DNA from: a virus
Taxonomy: Duplodnaviria > Heunggongvirae > Uroviricota > Caudoviricetes
Strand: one strand, 5' to 3'
Length of the DNA: 64,000 nt
IMG/VR virus record: IMGVR_UViG_3300017565_000001
Location: 269,741-333,740 of that record
Made by a program: the position numbers and the translations under genes. The notes beneath the pieces were generated by a model. That model was given only the letters and a program-made list of their open reading frames with translations, was not told the origin of the DNA and did not search any database. Shown one piece after another: positions 55,340-64,000 of this stretch (position 1 is the stretch's first letter; the number at the start of each line of letters is the position of its first letter).

Positions 55340-56470
55340 ATGAGCAAGAACAAGCAAGAAGCCAACCTGATCAAGCTGAAGCCCAGCGAAACCACGCAAG
55401 CCCTGCGTCACATGGTCAACAAGAAGACCGCCGTGTTCCTGTGGGGTCCCCCGGGCATCGGCAAGTCCAGCCTGATCAAGGCGCTGGCTGCTGAACTCGG
55501 CTACGACTTCATCGACATTCGACTGTCCCAGATGGATCCCACCGACCTGCGCGGTATCCCGTATCCCACCGAAGAACTCGACGCCGACGGCAAGCCGCAG
55601 AAGGGCATGAAGTGGTCGCCCCCGCTGGTGCTGCCCCGTGACCCGAACGCCAAGGCCCTGATCCTGCTGGATGAATTCAACTCGGCCGCTCCGACCGTGC
55701 AAGCCGCGTCGTATCAGCTGGTGCTGGACCGCGCACTGGGCGAGTACGTGCTGCCCGAGAACTGCGTGATCATCGCTGCAGGCAACCGCGAAACGGACAA
55801 GGGCATCACGTTCCGTATGCCGACCCCGATCGCGAACCGTTTCGTTCACATCGAAATGGAAGCCAACTTCGATGACTGGCTGCAAGTCGCGCTGAACGCG
55901 AACTACGACAAGGACGTCGTCGGCTACCTGACCGCATTCAAGCACGAACTGTTCAGCTTCGACGCTGGCAGCGCAAGCCGCGGCTTCCAGACGCCTCGTT
56001 CGTGGGAATTCGTGTCCCGCATCATGGACGGCGCCAACGCCCTGCCCGGCCAGGTCCTGACGGGTCTGATCACGGGTGCGATCGGCGACGGTCAAGCGAT
56101 GAAGTTCCTGGAGCACCGCAAGAACGCGGAACACATGCCCAACCCGTCCGACGTGCTGGCCGGCACCGTGAAGCAGCTGAAGCGCAACGACGTTTCGCTC
56201 TGCTACGCGCTGACGACCGCGCTCTGCTACGAGCTGCGCGACCGCTGGACCGAAGCGACCCGTGAAGGCAAGCCGAAGGACGAAGTGCGTACGGCATGGC
56301 TGAAGCAAGCCAACAACTTCATCGACTTCATGATGAAGAACTTCGGTCCCGAAGTGACGGTGATGGGCGCCAAGACCGCGCTGAGCGTCTTCAAGCTGCC
56401 CTTCGATCCCAAGAAGATGCCGGCCTTCGAAGAGTTCACCAAGAAGTTCAAGGACATGATTATGTCTTAA
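55340..56470 (+). CDS. MoxR-like AAA+ ATPase
   Basis: WGPPGIGKS, DIRLSQMDPTDLRGIP, LLDEFN, AAGNR, NRF, TPRSW; promoter TTGACT-N17-TAATCT at 55222. Confidence 0.9.
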   Translation: MSKNKQEANLIKLKPSETTQALRHMVNKKTAVFLWGPPGIGKSSLIKALAAELGYDFIDIRLSQMDPTDLRGIPYPTEELDADGKPQKGMKWSPPLVLPRDPNAKALILLDEFNSAAPTVQAASYQLVLDRALGEYVLPENCVIIAAGNRETDKGITFRMPTPIANRFVHIEMEANFDDWLQVALNANYDKDVVGYLTAFKHELFSFDAGSASRGFQTPRSWEFVSRIMDGANALPGQVLTGLITGAIGDGQAMKFLEHRKNAEHMPNPSDVLAGTVKQLKRNDVSLCYALTTALCYELRDRWTEATREGKPKDEVRTAWLKQANNFIDFMMKNFGPEVTVMGAKTALSVFKLPFDPKKMPAFEEFTKKFKDMIMS

Positions 56471-56491
56471 GGCGCGGGCGGAAACGTGCCG

Positions 56492-56519
56492 GGGCGAGGC
56501 TTTCGGGCCTCGCCCTTTT
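56492..56519 (+). terminator. Intrinsic terminator
   Basis: GGGCGAGGC-tttcgg-GCCTCGCCC-TTTT. Confidence 0.8.
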
Positions 56520-56708
56520 CATTAGCAATAACCCCGTACCTGGTTGCGTATCACAATCATGTTATCCTGGTAGCCAGGAATCCGCCGATAACGGGGCAAT
56601 AACCAGCCATGACAGATGTAACTTTCACTTGCCAGTCATGAAATCACTTGACTGTTATGGCAACAAAGTCTAGAATCAGTTACCTTAAAAAAGTGAGGAC
56701 CGCCCCGC

Positions 56709-57935
56709 ATGTCACAAGATTACAATAGCGACCCCATCGTCAAAGCGATTGTCGCCGCCCGCATCAAGCTCCTTCTGGAGAAGCCCTTCTTCGGCAACCT
56801 GGCGACGCGTCTGATTCTGATGGACGCCTCGGACTGGTGCAAGACTGCCGCAACCGACGGACGCCATCTCTTCTACAACCGTGAATTCATCAAGGGCCTG
56901 TCCCAAGCTGAACTTCTGTTCCTGCTGGGCCACGAAGTGCTTCACTGCGTTTACGATCACTTGGGTCGTCGTGGTGGTCGTGATCCCAAGGTGTGGAACA
57001 TGGCCAACGACTACATCGTCAACTATACGCTGACGAAAGAAGGTTGCGGCCGTATGCCCCAAGGCGGCCTGTACGAAGACAAGTACAACGACACCATGTC
57101 GTCGGAAGAGGTCTACAACATCCTGATGAAGAACAGCACGACCATCAAGATGACGCTGGACGAGCACATCGACCCGACCACTGGCCAGCCGGAAGACGGT
57201 GAAGGTGGCGAAGGCGGCAAGGAAGTCGAAGTCCGCGTGATGGGCAAAAACGGCCCGCCCAAGCTGACCGAAGAAGAAATGCAGGAAATCCGCAACGAAA
57301 TTCGTTCGGCTACCATGCAAGCTGCGCAGGCTGTGGGTGCGGACAAGACCCCCGGTGGCGTGAAGCGCCTGATCGATGCGTTCACCAAGCCCAAGATGGA
57401 CTGGCGTGCCCTGCTGGAAACGCACCTGAAGTCCAGCATCCGCAACGACTACACCTTCCAGCGCGTAAACCGTCGCTCGTGGTCGGTCGGGGCAATTCTG
57501 CCTGGCATGGACTACATGGACACGGTCGAGCTGGCCATCGCGATCGATACCTCGGGTTCGATGACCGATGAAATGCTGCGCGACTTCCTGGGTGAAGTGA
57601 AGGGCATCATGGATACGTTCCAGGATTTCAAGCTGACGCTCTGGACGTTCGATACCCAGGTCTGGAACCCGCAACAGTTCTCCATGGAGAACGCGGAAGA
57701 AATCCTGTCCTACGACCCCAAGGGCGGTGGTGGTACCCTGTTCGAAGTGAACTGGGACTACATGAAGGAAGAAGGCTTGCAGCCGCAGCGCTTCGTGATG
57801 TTCACCGACGGCTACCCGGGTCACACCTGGGGTGACGAGAACTACGTGGACACGCTGTTCGTGATTCACGGCGGGTTCACGGGTGAAGCTCCGTTCGGTA
57901 TCACGGCGTACTACGACGGCCCGAAGGAAAAGTAA
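56709..57935 (+). CDS. Metallopeptidase-like + vWA domain protein (DUF2201 type), MoxR partner
   Basis: TAATDG, HEVLH (HExxH), MIDAS DTSGS, GGGT, FTDG; promoter TTGACT-N17-TAGAAT at 56648. Confidence 0.9.
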   Translation: MSQDYNSDPIVKAIVAARIKLLLEKPFFGNLATRLILMDASDWCKTAATDGRHLFYNREFIKGLSQAELLFLLGHEVLHCVYDHLGRRGGRDPKVWNMANDYIVNYTLTKEGCGRMPQGGLYEDKYNDTMSSEEVYNILMKNSTTIKMTLDEHIDPTTGQPEDGEGGEGGKEVEVRVMGKNGPPKLTEEEMQEIRNEIRSATMQAAQAVGADKTPGGVKRLIDAFTKPKMDWRALLETHLKSSIRNDYTFQRVNRRSWSVGAILPGMDYMDTVELAIAIDTSGSMTDEMLRDFLGEVKGIMDTFQDFKLTLWTFDTQVWNPQQFSMENAEEILSYDPKGGGGTLFEVNWDYMKEEGLQPQRFVMFTDGYPGHTWGDENYVDTLFVIHGGFTGEAPFGITAYYDGPKEK

Positions 57936-58078
57936 GCCGGCCAGCAGTACAAGGATGGGACCCCAAATGGGGTCCCATTTCATTCTGTACTTGATTATTG
58001 TTCATCTACGACGTTAGAATGAAATTCGCAGCGTTACATCTTATGAGGAAATAACCCCAACTATAAGGAACCTTTGCC

Positions 58079-58684
58079 ATGACGATCGAACGTATTACCA
58101 AGAATTTGGTTGAAAGCGGTCTGCCCAAAGAGCTTGCGGAACTATTCGCAAGCGGTGACATTGAAGCGGCGTTGTGGCAATGGGAAAACGGTTCCAAGTA
58201 CGAAACGCACGGGGAATATTCCAACCTCAGAATGATGCTGTATCGGGCACGAACCAAGATGACGAACGAGGTTCTCGCACGTTCGAACAGTATGCCCATT
58301 TATGGGACTGATCTGGTCATACCATGGGGCTTGGCGATCAAGCATCAAGCTCGCATCAAACAGAACACCAAGCAAACCCTGGAAACCATGCGGGATAGTG
58401 GCGGTTTGACGCCGTGCGAAATGCTTGCCGCTCTGGAAGAGCGGGATGTGACAAGCATACCCGAAAAAGACGCCATCGCTCGAATCCAGGAAATTGTGTC
58501 CGAGTTCCAGGCTGAAGAACGTAGCCTGGCTCTGAAACCGCTCACTGATGAAATCGATAGTGTTGCGATGACCTATGACATTATCGCAGCTCAGGGCAAC
58601 GGCATCGTGGGCGCTCGCCAAGTGGCAGCCGACATTCGAATGAACATCATTCCCGCTATCAAGCGATTCTTTTCGAGAACTTGA
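58079..58684 (+). CDS. Hypothetical protein
   Basis: 201-aa ORF with AAGGA SD. Confidence 0.7.
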   Translation: MTIERITKNLVESGLPKELAELFASGDIEAALWQWENGSKYETHGEYSNLRMMLYRARTKMTNEVLARSNSMPIYGTDLVIPWGLAIKHQARIKQNTKQTLETMRDSGGLTPCEMLAALEERDVTSIPEKDAIARIQEIVSEFQAEERSLALKPLTDEIDSVAMTYDIIAAQGNGIVGARQVAADIRMNIIPAIKRFFSRT

Positions 58685-58863
58685 TGTCCACCAAGTTTAA
58701 AGCATGCCATACTAGTGTTCCAAAAGGAAAGCGTGTTCGAGTTGTGTTGCGAAATGGTGATTCGTTCATTGACAAGTTCGTCGAGAAGAAATCGGGTCGC
58801 ATCATCTTTGAAACTCGAACCATCAACACGAGAGAAATGGCGTCAATGACGATTGTTAGATGA
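58684..58863 (+). CDS. Small basic hypothetical protein
   Basis: HTSVPKGKRVRVVLRNG; coupled to neighbours. Confidence 0.6.
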   Translation: MSTKFKACHTSVPKGKRVRVVLRNGDSFIDKFVEKKSGRIIFETRTINTREMASMTIVR

Positions 58864-59096
58864 AATTCTGTGTGATTTGTAGTGAGTCCAAAGCCATCCA
58901 CCAGGTCGAAACCCGGGTGATGACGAATGGCTCAAAGAAAACCACATATCTTTCCAGGTGGTGGCATTGTCGGTCGTGTGGTTGTGATCTAACCACAGCG
59001 GATGATATGAAGTTCAATGCCATTGCTGTGCGAAAAGCCAAAAGGCGTCTAGGCCTTGACATAAAGCCTTTGAATGGCAAGAAATCTCGTATATAA
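58860..59096 (+). CDS. Zn-ribbon protein
   Basis: CVIC...CRSC. Confidence 0.6.
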   Translation: MKFCVICSESKAIHQVETRVMTNGSKKTTYLSRWWHCRSCGCDLTTADDMKFNAIAVRKAKRRLGLDIKPLNGKKSRI

Positions 59097-59124
59097 TGGC
59101 TACTAGACGTTTTAGCTGAGCCTC

Positions 59125-59466
59125 ATGATACCCGATAAAGTTACATTCACCGGTTTGACCGTACCCAGCAACATCATGTATGGTGCTAGTCGCGGCCGCA
59201 AACAATTCTCGCCCTGGCCTGCATCGTGGACTCGATTGGTCGAAAAGGATCCGCAGAATTCGCGGGGATTGTCAGCCAAAGAGATCACACAAGCAATCGA
59301 CGTATGGCTTGAAAAGAACATTCAAGGAGCATGGGGCTGTTATAGCAACATGCGGAATGCCACTACTGTTTTCTTCTTCCAAGAAGAAAGCGACGCAATT
59401 TTATTCAAATTGATGGGTGGATTGGCCACCTGTTTTGAAAAAACCCCCGAAGGAGAAGTTAAATGA
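59125..59466 (+). CDS. Small protein, FxxxxDAxxFxL family
   Basis: IDVWLEKNIQGAW...FFFQEESDAILFKLMGG; ATGA-coupled to clpP. Confidence 0.75.
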   Translation: MIPDKVTFTGLTVPSNIMYGASRGRKQFSPWPASWTRLVEKDPQNSRGLSAKEITQAIDVWLEKNIQGAWGCYSNMRNATTVFFFQEESDAILFKLMGGLATCFEKTPEGEVK

Positions 59467-60059
59467 GTCTGGTCCCCATGGTCATCTCGCGCGAAGGTAA
59501 CAACGAACGCGCAATGGACATCTACAGCAAAATGCTGGATGAACGCATCATCTTCGTGACAGGGCCCGTCACTCAGGCGATGGCAGACAGCGTCTGCGCC
59601 CAATTGCTTTTCCTGGAAAGCACCGGCCCCAAGCGTGACATTACCATGTATGTCAATTCGCCGGGCGGCAGCGTTTACGCTGGTCTCGCCATCCGTGACA
59701 CCATGAACTACGTGAAGTGTGACATCACCACCGTGTGCATGGGCATGGCTGCGAGCATGGGTTCGGTTCTGCTGGCTAGTGGCACCAAGGGCAAGCGTTT
59801 GATTCTGCCGGATGCCACTGTCATGATTCACCAAGTGTCGAGTGGCACTCAGGGCACGGTCATGGATCAAGAGCGCGGACTGTACGAAGCCGTACGCCTG
59901 AACGATCGCTTGCATCACATCTTGGCCGAAGCGACGGATGGCAAGGTCAACTATGAGCGCATGAAAGAACTGTGCTCGCGTGATCACTACATGAGCGCCC
60001 AAGCCACTCTGGAACTGGGCCTGGTCGACAAGATCATCGACCGCAACCCGAACGAATAA
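59463..60059 (+). CDS. clpP: ATP-dependent Clp protease proteolytic subunit
   Basis: MDIYSKMLDERII, YVNSPGG, GMAASMGS (Ser), MIHQ (His), RDHYM (Asp). Confidence 0.96.
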   Translation: MSLVPMVISREGNNERAMDIYSKMLDERIIFVTGPVTQAMADSVCAQLLFLESTGPKRDITMYVNSPGGSVYAGLAIRDTMNYVKCDITTVCMGMAASMGSVLLASGTKGKRLILPDATVMIHQVSSGTQGTVMDQERGLYEAVRLNDRLHHILAEATDGKVNYERMKELCSRDHYMSAQATLELGLVDKIIDRNPNE

Positions 60060-60172
60060 CTGGCAATTCACCAGTAATTGAAGGGCGGGGAAATTCCCCG
60101 CCCTTCATACCATGCTAAATCAAAGGTGGCACAAAGTTTTGACGCCAGTTCAACTGTAAAGTATTATTTGGT

Positions 60173-61342
60173 ATGAAAAAGATTCCCCTAAACAGTCTGG
60201 TTTTTCTCATTGATGTTTCGCCTCAAGAGGCTGAAGCAAGGTTTCCTGCCAATGAGATCATGAGTTCTGATGCTTTCACCACAGAGCTTCTGGGCCCTAT
60301 GGTGAGGCCAGACTTGCGTGGAGTCGTTCAGGCTGAACTAGAACGCACGGTGTTCCTGAAGTTGTCTCTGGGGCAGCGTGTGGTGGTAAGTATGCCAGAT
60401 CTACGTAGAGATGCAAGGATCAATATGGCACGTGAAGCGCAGAATCGTGGTTTCACAGTCATTTACCTGGTCGATGATCTTAACATCAGACGAGATATGG
60501 CACGTGGTGATCGAGTGGCTGACGTGGTTGACACCAATTCATCTTTTGAAGTCGTGATGCCTCTCCCTGATGAAAATTTCTTTGCTGAGCTTAAGAAACG
60601 TGGTTTTAAGGGTGTGACTGTTGTTCCAGACATACACGGAACGATGAATCCCCTAAGAGATGCAATTTCTTGGGCAAGAAGCAGAAATAACTTTCTGCTT
60701 TTTCTGGGTGATCTCATAGACTATGGGATTGATACGCTGGAAGTCGTAGATGAAGTGTATCAACTCGTGGTCCGTGGTGAAGCTGAAGCCCTTGAAGGTA
60801 ATCATGAAAAGAAGATCTTCAAGCATTTGGCACAAGTTGAACGAACGGGTGTTTCACATGTTCGTTTGAGCGAAGGCAACAAGGTCACGGTTTCCCGAAT
60901 GCAAGCATTGGGGAAGTTCGACCATGATCGTTGGGTCACGAGATTCAAGGCGTTGGTCCACATGATGCGCAATCACCGAGTGAGCGATGGCTTCATTTTT
61001 GCTCACGGGGCGGTTAAGCCAGAAATGTGGACAATCACCGACAACAGGCTACCAACCTCTCTGGAGGAGGTCAGTCTGTATGGTGAGGTTGATACTTCCG
61101 TTAATCGGTCTGACGGATATCCCAACCGTGTTTACAATTGGGTAGACGAGCTTACGCCAAACCAGATCGCTGTTGTGGGTCACGACATCAGAAGTGATTT
61201 CGAGCCCCTAAAACATCAAGGCGCCAAAGGCGGCACTGCCATATTCATGGATACTGGATGTGGCAAGGGTGGCCATTTGAGTACGCTTGACATTCGCTTT
61301 GATGGTGACGTCGTTAAGGTTGAGAATTTCAACTTGCATTAA
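60173..61342 (+). CDS. Pnkp-like protein: degenerate kinase domain + metallophosphoesterase
   Basis: DIHG, GDLID, GNHE, AHG, VGH, DTGC phosphatase motifs; N-terminus resembles Pnkp kinase (SLVFLI...EIMSSD) without a P-loop. Confidence 0.8.
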   Translation: MKKIPLNSLVFLIDVSPQEAEARFPANEIMSSDAFTTELLGPMVRPDLRGVVQAELERTVFLKLSLGQRVVVSMPDLRRDARINMAREAQNRGFTVIYLVDDLNIRRDMARGDRVADVVDTNSSFEVVMPLPDENFFAELKKRGFKGVTVVPDIHGTMNPLRDAISWARSRNNFLLFLGDLIDYGIDTLEVVDEVYQLVVRGEAEALEGNHEKKIFKHLAQVERTGVSHVRLSEGNKVTVSRMQALGKFDHDRWVTRFKALVHMMRNHRVSDGFIFAHGAVKPEMWTITDNRLPTSLEEVSLYGEVDTSVNRSDGYPNRVYNWVDELTPNQIAVVGHDIRSDFEPLKHQGAKGGTAIFMDTGCGKGGHLSTLDIRFDGDVVKVENFNLH

Positions 61343-61370
61343 ATAAATATCTGCACATATAAAGGGGCCT

Positions 61371-61946
61371 ATGATGGTCGAACAAATGAATTTCAACGCA
61401 GGCGGGGACGTGCTGGTACTGAACAGCGACGGCCTGCCTTTGAGTATGTTGCCAATCAGCACTGTGAACTGGAAAGAAGCCATCAAGGCTTACTGGCTGG
61501 ATCAAGTGGACGTATTGGAATCGTACGAAGATTGGGTCATCCGCAGCCCAAGCGTGGAAATGTTCGTGCCGGCCGTCATTATGACTCGTCAGTGGGTTCG
61601 TATGGGCCGCTCGGTCAAGTTCTCGCGCTCGAATGTGTACATGCGGGACCGCCATAAGTGCCAATACTGTGGCGAAATTTTCCGTCATGATCAGCTGACA
61701 CTGGATCACGTCGTTCCTCGTTTCGAGGGTGGTAAGACTACCTGGGATAACGTCGTTGCTGCTTGCTCGCCTTGCAATCACAAGAAGAGCCACTTCAATG
61801 AAATGAAGCCCATGAACGCTCCACGTCGCCCATCGTACGGTGAAATGCTGACCATCGTCCGTGAACGTCCAGTTGTTGTTCGTCATGCCAGCTGGAATAC
61901 CTACCTGCAATGGCCTGACGACATGGTAAAGGTGGCAGGCAAATGA
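61371..61946 (+). CDS. HNH endonuclease (McrA-like)
   Basis: VLVLN, RDRHKCQYCG, TLDHVVP, WDNVVAACSPCNHKK. Confidence 0.92.
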   Translation: MMVEQMNFNAGGDVLVLNSDGLPLSMLPISTVNWKEAIKAYWLDQVDVLESYEDWVIRSPSVEMFVPAVIMTRQWVRMGRSVKFSRSNVYMRDRHKCQYCGEIFRHDQLTLDHVVPRFEGGKTTWDNVVAACSPCNHKKSHFNEMKPMNAPRRPSYGEMLTIVRERPVVVRHASWNTYLQWPDDMVKVAGK

Positions 61947-62116
61947 ACCGAACGTTTATGAGCTTGTACCGAGATGAAATCGTCAATTCAGAAATGGTTG
62001 ACGATTTTATCGAGGAATGGCATTCAGCAAACTCCCAGGAATCTCTAGCAGATTATCTGGGTATGACTACTAGCGAATACGAATTCTTTGCCATAACTGG
62101 TGAACTACCAGAATAA
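61943..62116 (+). CDS. 57-aa hypothetical protein (absent from the ORF track)
   Basis: MNRTF...VDDFIEEWH...LADYLGMTTSEY; ATGA overlap. Confidence 0.65.
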   Translation: MNRTFMSLYRDEIVNSEMVDDFIEEWHSANSQESLADYLGMTTSEYEFFAITGELPE

Positions 62117-62207
62117 TAAAGCTGATTGATTTATTTTGACGGGGGCCAATGGCCCCCTTATAATCATGTTTACGCCGTTATAGAACAATAACAAACAGGA
62201 GTAAACA

Positions 62208-62480
62208 ATGGCTGATACACAAGACCAAGCGGGTGAAGTTCAAGGCCCCGTTATCAATATCACCGATCTGGAAAACGTGGTTAAGATCATCGACCACGCC
62301 GCCGATCAAGGCGCCTTCAAGGGTTGGGTCGTTGTCGAGCAGGTTCTAGCCGTTCGCAACAAGATTCAAGCATTCGTGGCCGCAGCTCAACCACAAGATC
62401 AAGAAGCACCCGCTGAAGCACCCGCCAAGCCTGCTCGCAAGACCGCAAAGGCCACCAAGGCCAGCAAGACTGCCAAGTAA
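62208..62480 (+). CDS. Hypothetical protein with Ala/Lys/Pro tail
   Basis: Promoter TTGACG-N17-TATAAT at 62136; AGGAG SD. Confidence 0.8.
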   Translation: MADTQDQAGEVQGPVINITDLENVVKIIDHAADQGAFKGWVVVEQVLAVRNKIQAFVAAAQPQDQEAPAEAPAKPARKTAKATKASKTAK

Positions 62481-62521
62481 ATCACAGGGTGGTTCGCCAC
62501 CCGTCCCTATAGAGAGAATCT

Positions 62522-63127
62522 ATGTCAATCAAGAAACATATTGGTAAGGTCGTTTCTACCGACCAACGTTGTGTCGTTGTTTTCATGCGTCTCCCCGATG
62601 CCGAAGACAAGGCCCTCATCATCAATACCGAATCCCTGCAACCATACTATGAGCAAATCCTCATGGAAGTGGTCAATTCCCCGGAAGGTCAACAAGCTGG
62701 TAATCTGGCTGATGTGCTGTCGCGTCGTATGGTTCAACAGACAGGCCGCACCATTCTGGAAGAGTTCCACAATCGTGGTCTGATGCGTGCTGAACTGGTT
62801 TCTAACATCGTCATGCTGCCACGCCCCAACATGCCCATGCCACTGGCTGACATTCTGGCTGCAATGGATCCAGAAAGCGCTGAGACTGCGCCAACTCAGA
62901 ACTATAACAAGTTCAACCCCATCGCCAACAACATTTCGGCCGCATCCTCGGAAGAACGCCTGCAAATGGCACACAATCTGATCGTTGAAGCAGAAATGCT
63001 GGAAGCCGAAGCTGCCAAGAAGCGTGAAATCGCATATGCCGCCGTTCCGACCCTCCGACCTGTTGCTGATACGCCAATCGTCCCTGTGGCGGATGACGCT
63101 CCCGCTCAGGCCACTGGTAATGAGTGA
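62522..63127 (+). CDS. Hypothetical phage protein
   Basis: 201-aa ORF; KHIGK...VVVFM. Confidence 0.8.
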   Translation: MSIKKHIGKVVSTDQRCVVVFMRLPDAEDKALIINTESLQPYYEQILMEVVNSPEGQQAGNLADVLSRRMVQQTGRTILEEFHNRGLMRAELVSNIVMLPRPNMPMPLADILAAMDPESAETAPTQNYNKFNPIANNISAASSEERLQMAHNLIVEAEMLEAEAAKKREIAYAAVPTLRPVADTPIVPVADDAPAQATGNE

Positions 63128-63407
63128 ACGTTCCGCAAAGCTCCTTGAGCGAATCGTATCCGAACGTGATCGTCAAAAGACCCTACCAGGTTCTGAATAT
63201 GACGCTAAAAATTCGGTTAATGATTGGATTGCAATTGCTGGGCATTATCTGAATGAACCAGCAAAGCGCAAAAGTTCTGCTTCTTATAACCGAGGATCTA
63301 TCCCCACTCAGGAAGATTTCGAGGCAAGTTTGATCAAAGCCGCAGCGGTTATTTTGGCTGCTTTGGAACAAGCAGAAACGCTAAAGAAGAACGGCGACTT
63401 GCAATAA
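63120..63407 (+). CDS. Possible MazG-like all-alpha NTP pyrophosphohydrolase-fold protein
   Basis: ERDRQ...NDW...LIKAAAVILAALE pattern; acidic metal ligands look incomplete. Confidence 0.4.
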   Translation: MSERSAKLLERIVSERDRQKTLPGSEYDAKNSVNDWIAIAGHYLNEPAKRKSSASYNRGSIPTQEDFEASLIKAAAVILAALEQAETLKKNGDLQ

Positions 63408-63451
63408 CCAGGAAGCCCTAGACCCCTAGGGCTTTTTCTTGACTTTAAAAA

Positions 63452-63784
63452 ATGAAACCTAACATAACAGTGGAAACCACTCCGGTGACCATGACCACCC
63501 CAAAACCCAACGACCTCCAGAATATCGTATGGGGATCCACGACACAAATTTCTTCTACCATGAATATCGGCATAGAAGATCTCATGGCTGAATCGATGGT
63601 AGCCGAGATTACAAAAGAAATCGACCGAGAAATTTTCCGTGAACTGGTTACCGTCGAGGAAAAGGAACGGTATTATCGGGAACGTGATGCCAAACAACGG
63701 GCTGAAAATCCTGCTCTACAGGAAGCTTGGGACAATTATCAAGTCCTACTCAGGCTCACCAATGAAAAAGGCGTAAATACATGA
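63452..63784 (+). CDS. Hypothetical protein with a gp23-like helix
   Basis: MAESMVAEITKEIDREIFREL. Confidence 0.65.
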   Translation: MKPNITVETTPVTMTTPKPNDLQNIVWGSTTQISSTMNIGIEDLMAESMVAEITKEIDREIFRELVTVEEKERYYRERDAKQRAENPALQEAWDNYQVLLRLTNEKGVNT

Positions 63785-64000
63785 GTGAAATTAACGCCTT
63801 GGAGGCCGATATGAACTTCAGTGAACTTATCAATCAAACGATAAACGAAGTGGACATCATGGACTTGTCAAGAGACTACGTGATTCTAGCCAATGTTGTA
63901 TTTGAAGACGGCGATGAACAGGTAGTCATGGTTGATCAGTTGAATGAAGTTCTGATGGAATACAAGGACGATATCGTTTCCGTCGGTTTGGTCGTAGATG
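63781..64000 (+). CDS. Partial acidic hypothetical protein (runs off the window)
   Basis: MSEINALEADMNFSELINQ... open to the window end; ATGA overlap. Confidence 0.6.
   Translation, partial: MSEINALEADMNFSELINQTINEVDIMDLSRDYVILANVVFEDGDEQVVMVDQLNEVLMEYKDDIVSVGLVVD

Noticed and set aside
61371-61946. HNH gene as an intron-borne mobile element
   Set aside because: It is free-standing, interrupts no gene and has no visible flanking repeats.
1-64000. Genome-wide UGA-to-Trp recoding (code 4)
   Set aside because: Long conserved genes contain no in-frame TGA, Trp is encoded by TGG, and TGA ends many genes, including late ones, often in ATGA overlaps.
1-64000. Bacterial chromosome or prophage origin, suggested by trpS, dnaJ, def, clpA, clpP and folE
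   Set aside because: These genes are interspersed with a T4-like polymerase, fibres, spanins, TAAATA promoters and dense phage-type small ORFs. No integrase or bacterial operon context is present.

Overview
This window is 64 kb of a large lytic tailed dsDNA phage genome, most likely a jumbo myophage with a T4-like replication module and a Gram-negative host (it encodes spanins). It uses genetic code 11 and shows no integrase, CRISPR array or rRNA. 1-12.9 kb, minus strand: TrpRS (partial), many small accessory genes, an AAA ATPase, an RlmN/Cfr-like radical SAM enzyme, a tRNA(CAU) and an RF1-like release factor that the ORF track missed. 13-34.5 kb: fibre and virion genes behind TAAATA late-type promoters, spanins, DnaJ, peptide deformylase, ClpA, a nucleotidyltransferase, a putative holin and an RyR-domain protein. 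34.5-54 kb: ATP-dependent DNA ligase, UvsE, family B DNA polymerase, sliding clamp, an Ogg-like glycosylase, a 7-deazaguanine cluster (QueD-like, glycosyltransferase, FolE, PRTase, QueE), RNase H, CYTH and glutaredoxin. 54-64 kb: MoxR/vWA pair, ClpP, a Pnkp-like phosphatase and an HNH nuclease. Main highlights: (1) the release factor has one in-frame UGA exactly at the conserved RF1 Trp, in a phage that carries its own TrpRS; (2) the deazaguanine cluster has a PRTase and a glycosyltransferase but no QueC/DpdA in the window, and folE has a twin-loop structured leader; (3) about 19 small proteins share a C-terminal F-x3-E/D-A-x2-F-x-L-x-W motif; (4) a CCANRTGAA motif clusters at early promoters. 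All calls come from reading motifs by eye. No database searches were run.
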